Positions 63,521 to 64,000 of a DNA stretch of 64,000 nt are shown in pieces. The stretch is from positions 8,763,425 through 8,827,424 of the forward strand of contig MU058636.1 in NCBI GenBank assembly GCA_013265495.1. Reading direction: 5' to 3'. Position numbers and translations under genes: made by a program. The stretch's first letter is position 1, and every line of letters begins with the position of its first letter. Below the pieces are notes generated by a model, which did no database searches, was not told where the DNA came from, and saw nothing but the letters and a program-made list of their open reading frames with translations. Source of the stretch: Vicugna vicugna. Lineage: Eukaryota.

Positions 63521-64000
63521 TCTTTATTGATTAAATTTTGATTTGTTACTGAAATATATCATAATTGCTATTGATTAAGCAACTTGACAAAGTATTTAGG
63601 AAGTAAGGATCAGAGTGTACGATCACATTCGGATCAGATTGGTCTGATTACAAATGCCCATTTTCTTGTATTATATCTTACGTAACAAGATGTATCTCTG
63701 CTGTGAGTAGGACCTAAGTTGTTGCTTTAGTTAAAGGTAAATTGAAAAAGTTCTTATCAGCAGTATGTGGAGTCATGGACCAAGAGAAACAGAGGTCACA
63801 GGTGGAACTGAGGGTGCAAGAACAGTGGGAGATTTGGAATAACTTCAATAAAGAGATGGATGAATAATAATATGTGATTTTAAGGATTACTGAAGTTCAC
63901 TAAGAGTTTACCTTAGGTCTGATAGCATGGGATGACTCTCACAGGCAAGGTACTCCTTCTGACTTCAGGATTGGGTTTAGCAAAGCAGACAAAGCAGATG

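Overview
This is AT-rich mammalian genomic DNA, most likely from a camelid, since it carries two tRNA-Ala-derived Vic-1-type SINEs and camelid-type L1 3' ends. It reads as intergenic or deep-intronic sequence dominated by transposable-element fossils: L1M LINEs, L2, CR1/L3, MIR, MaLR/ERVL LTRs and internal pieces, MER58, MER5 and Tigger1. I recognise no protein-coding gene; the supplied ORFs are chance ORFs or decayed repeats. The best-supported curiosities are (1) a tailless retrocopy of the 5' half of elongator tRNA-Met with an 18-bp TSD and apparent pre-tRNA leader at 43171-43246, (2) a young, CpG-rich ERVK-like solo LTR with a 6-bp TSD at 17205-17767, and (3) an L1 3'-end insertion apparently flipped relative to its endonuclease site at 58138-58452. 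More tentative are a ~0.9 kb unexplained segment with piggyBac-transposase-like motifs (60481-61380) and two candidate exons. I cannot support a wholly new biological system. Repeat subfamily names come from recall of consensus motifs, not database searches, and boundaries of old repeats are approximate.
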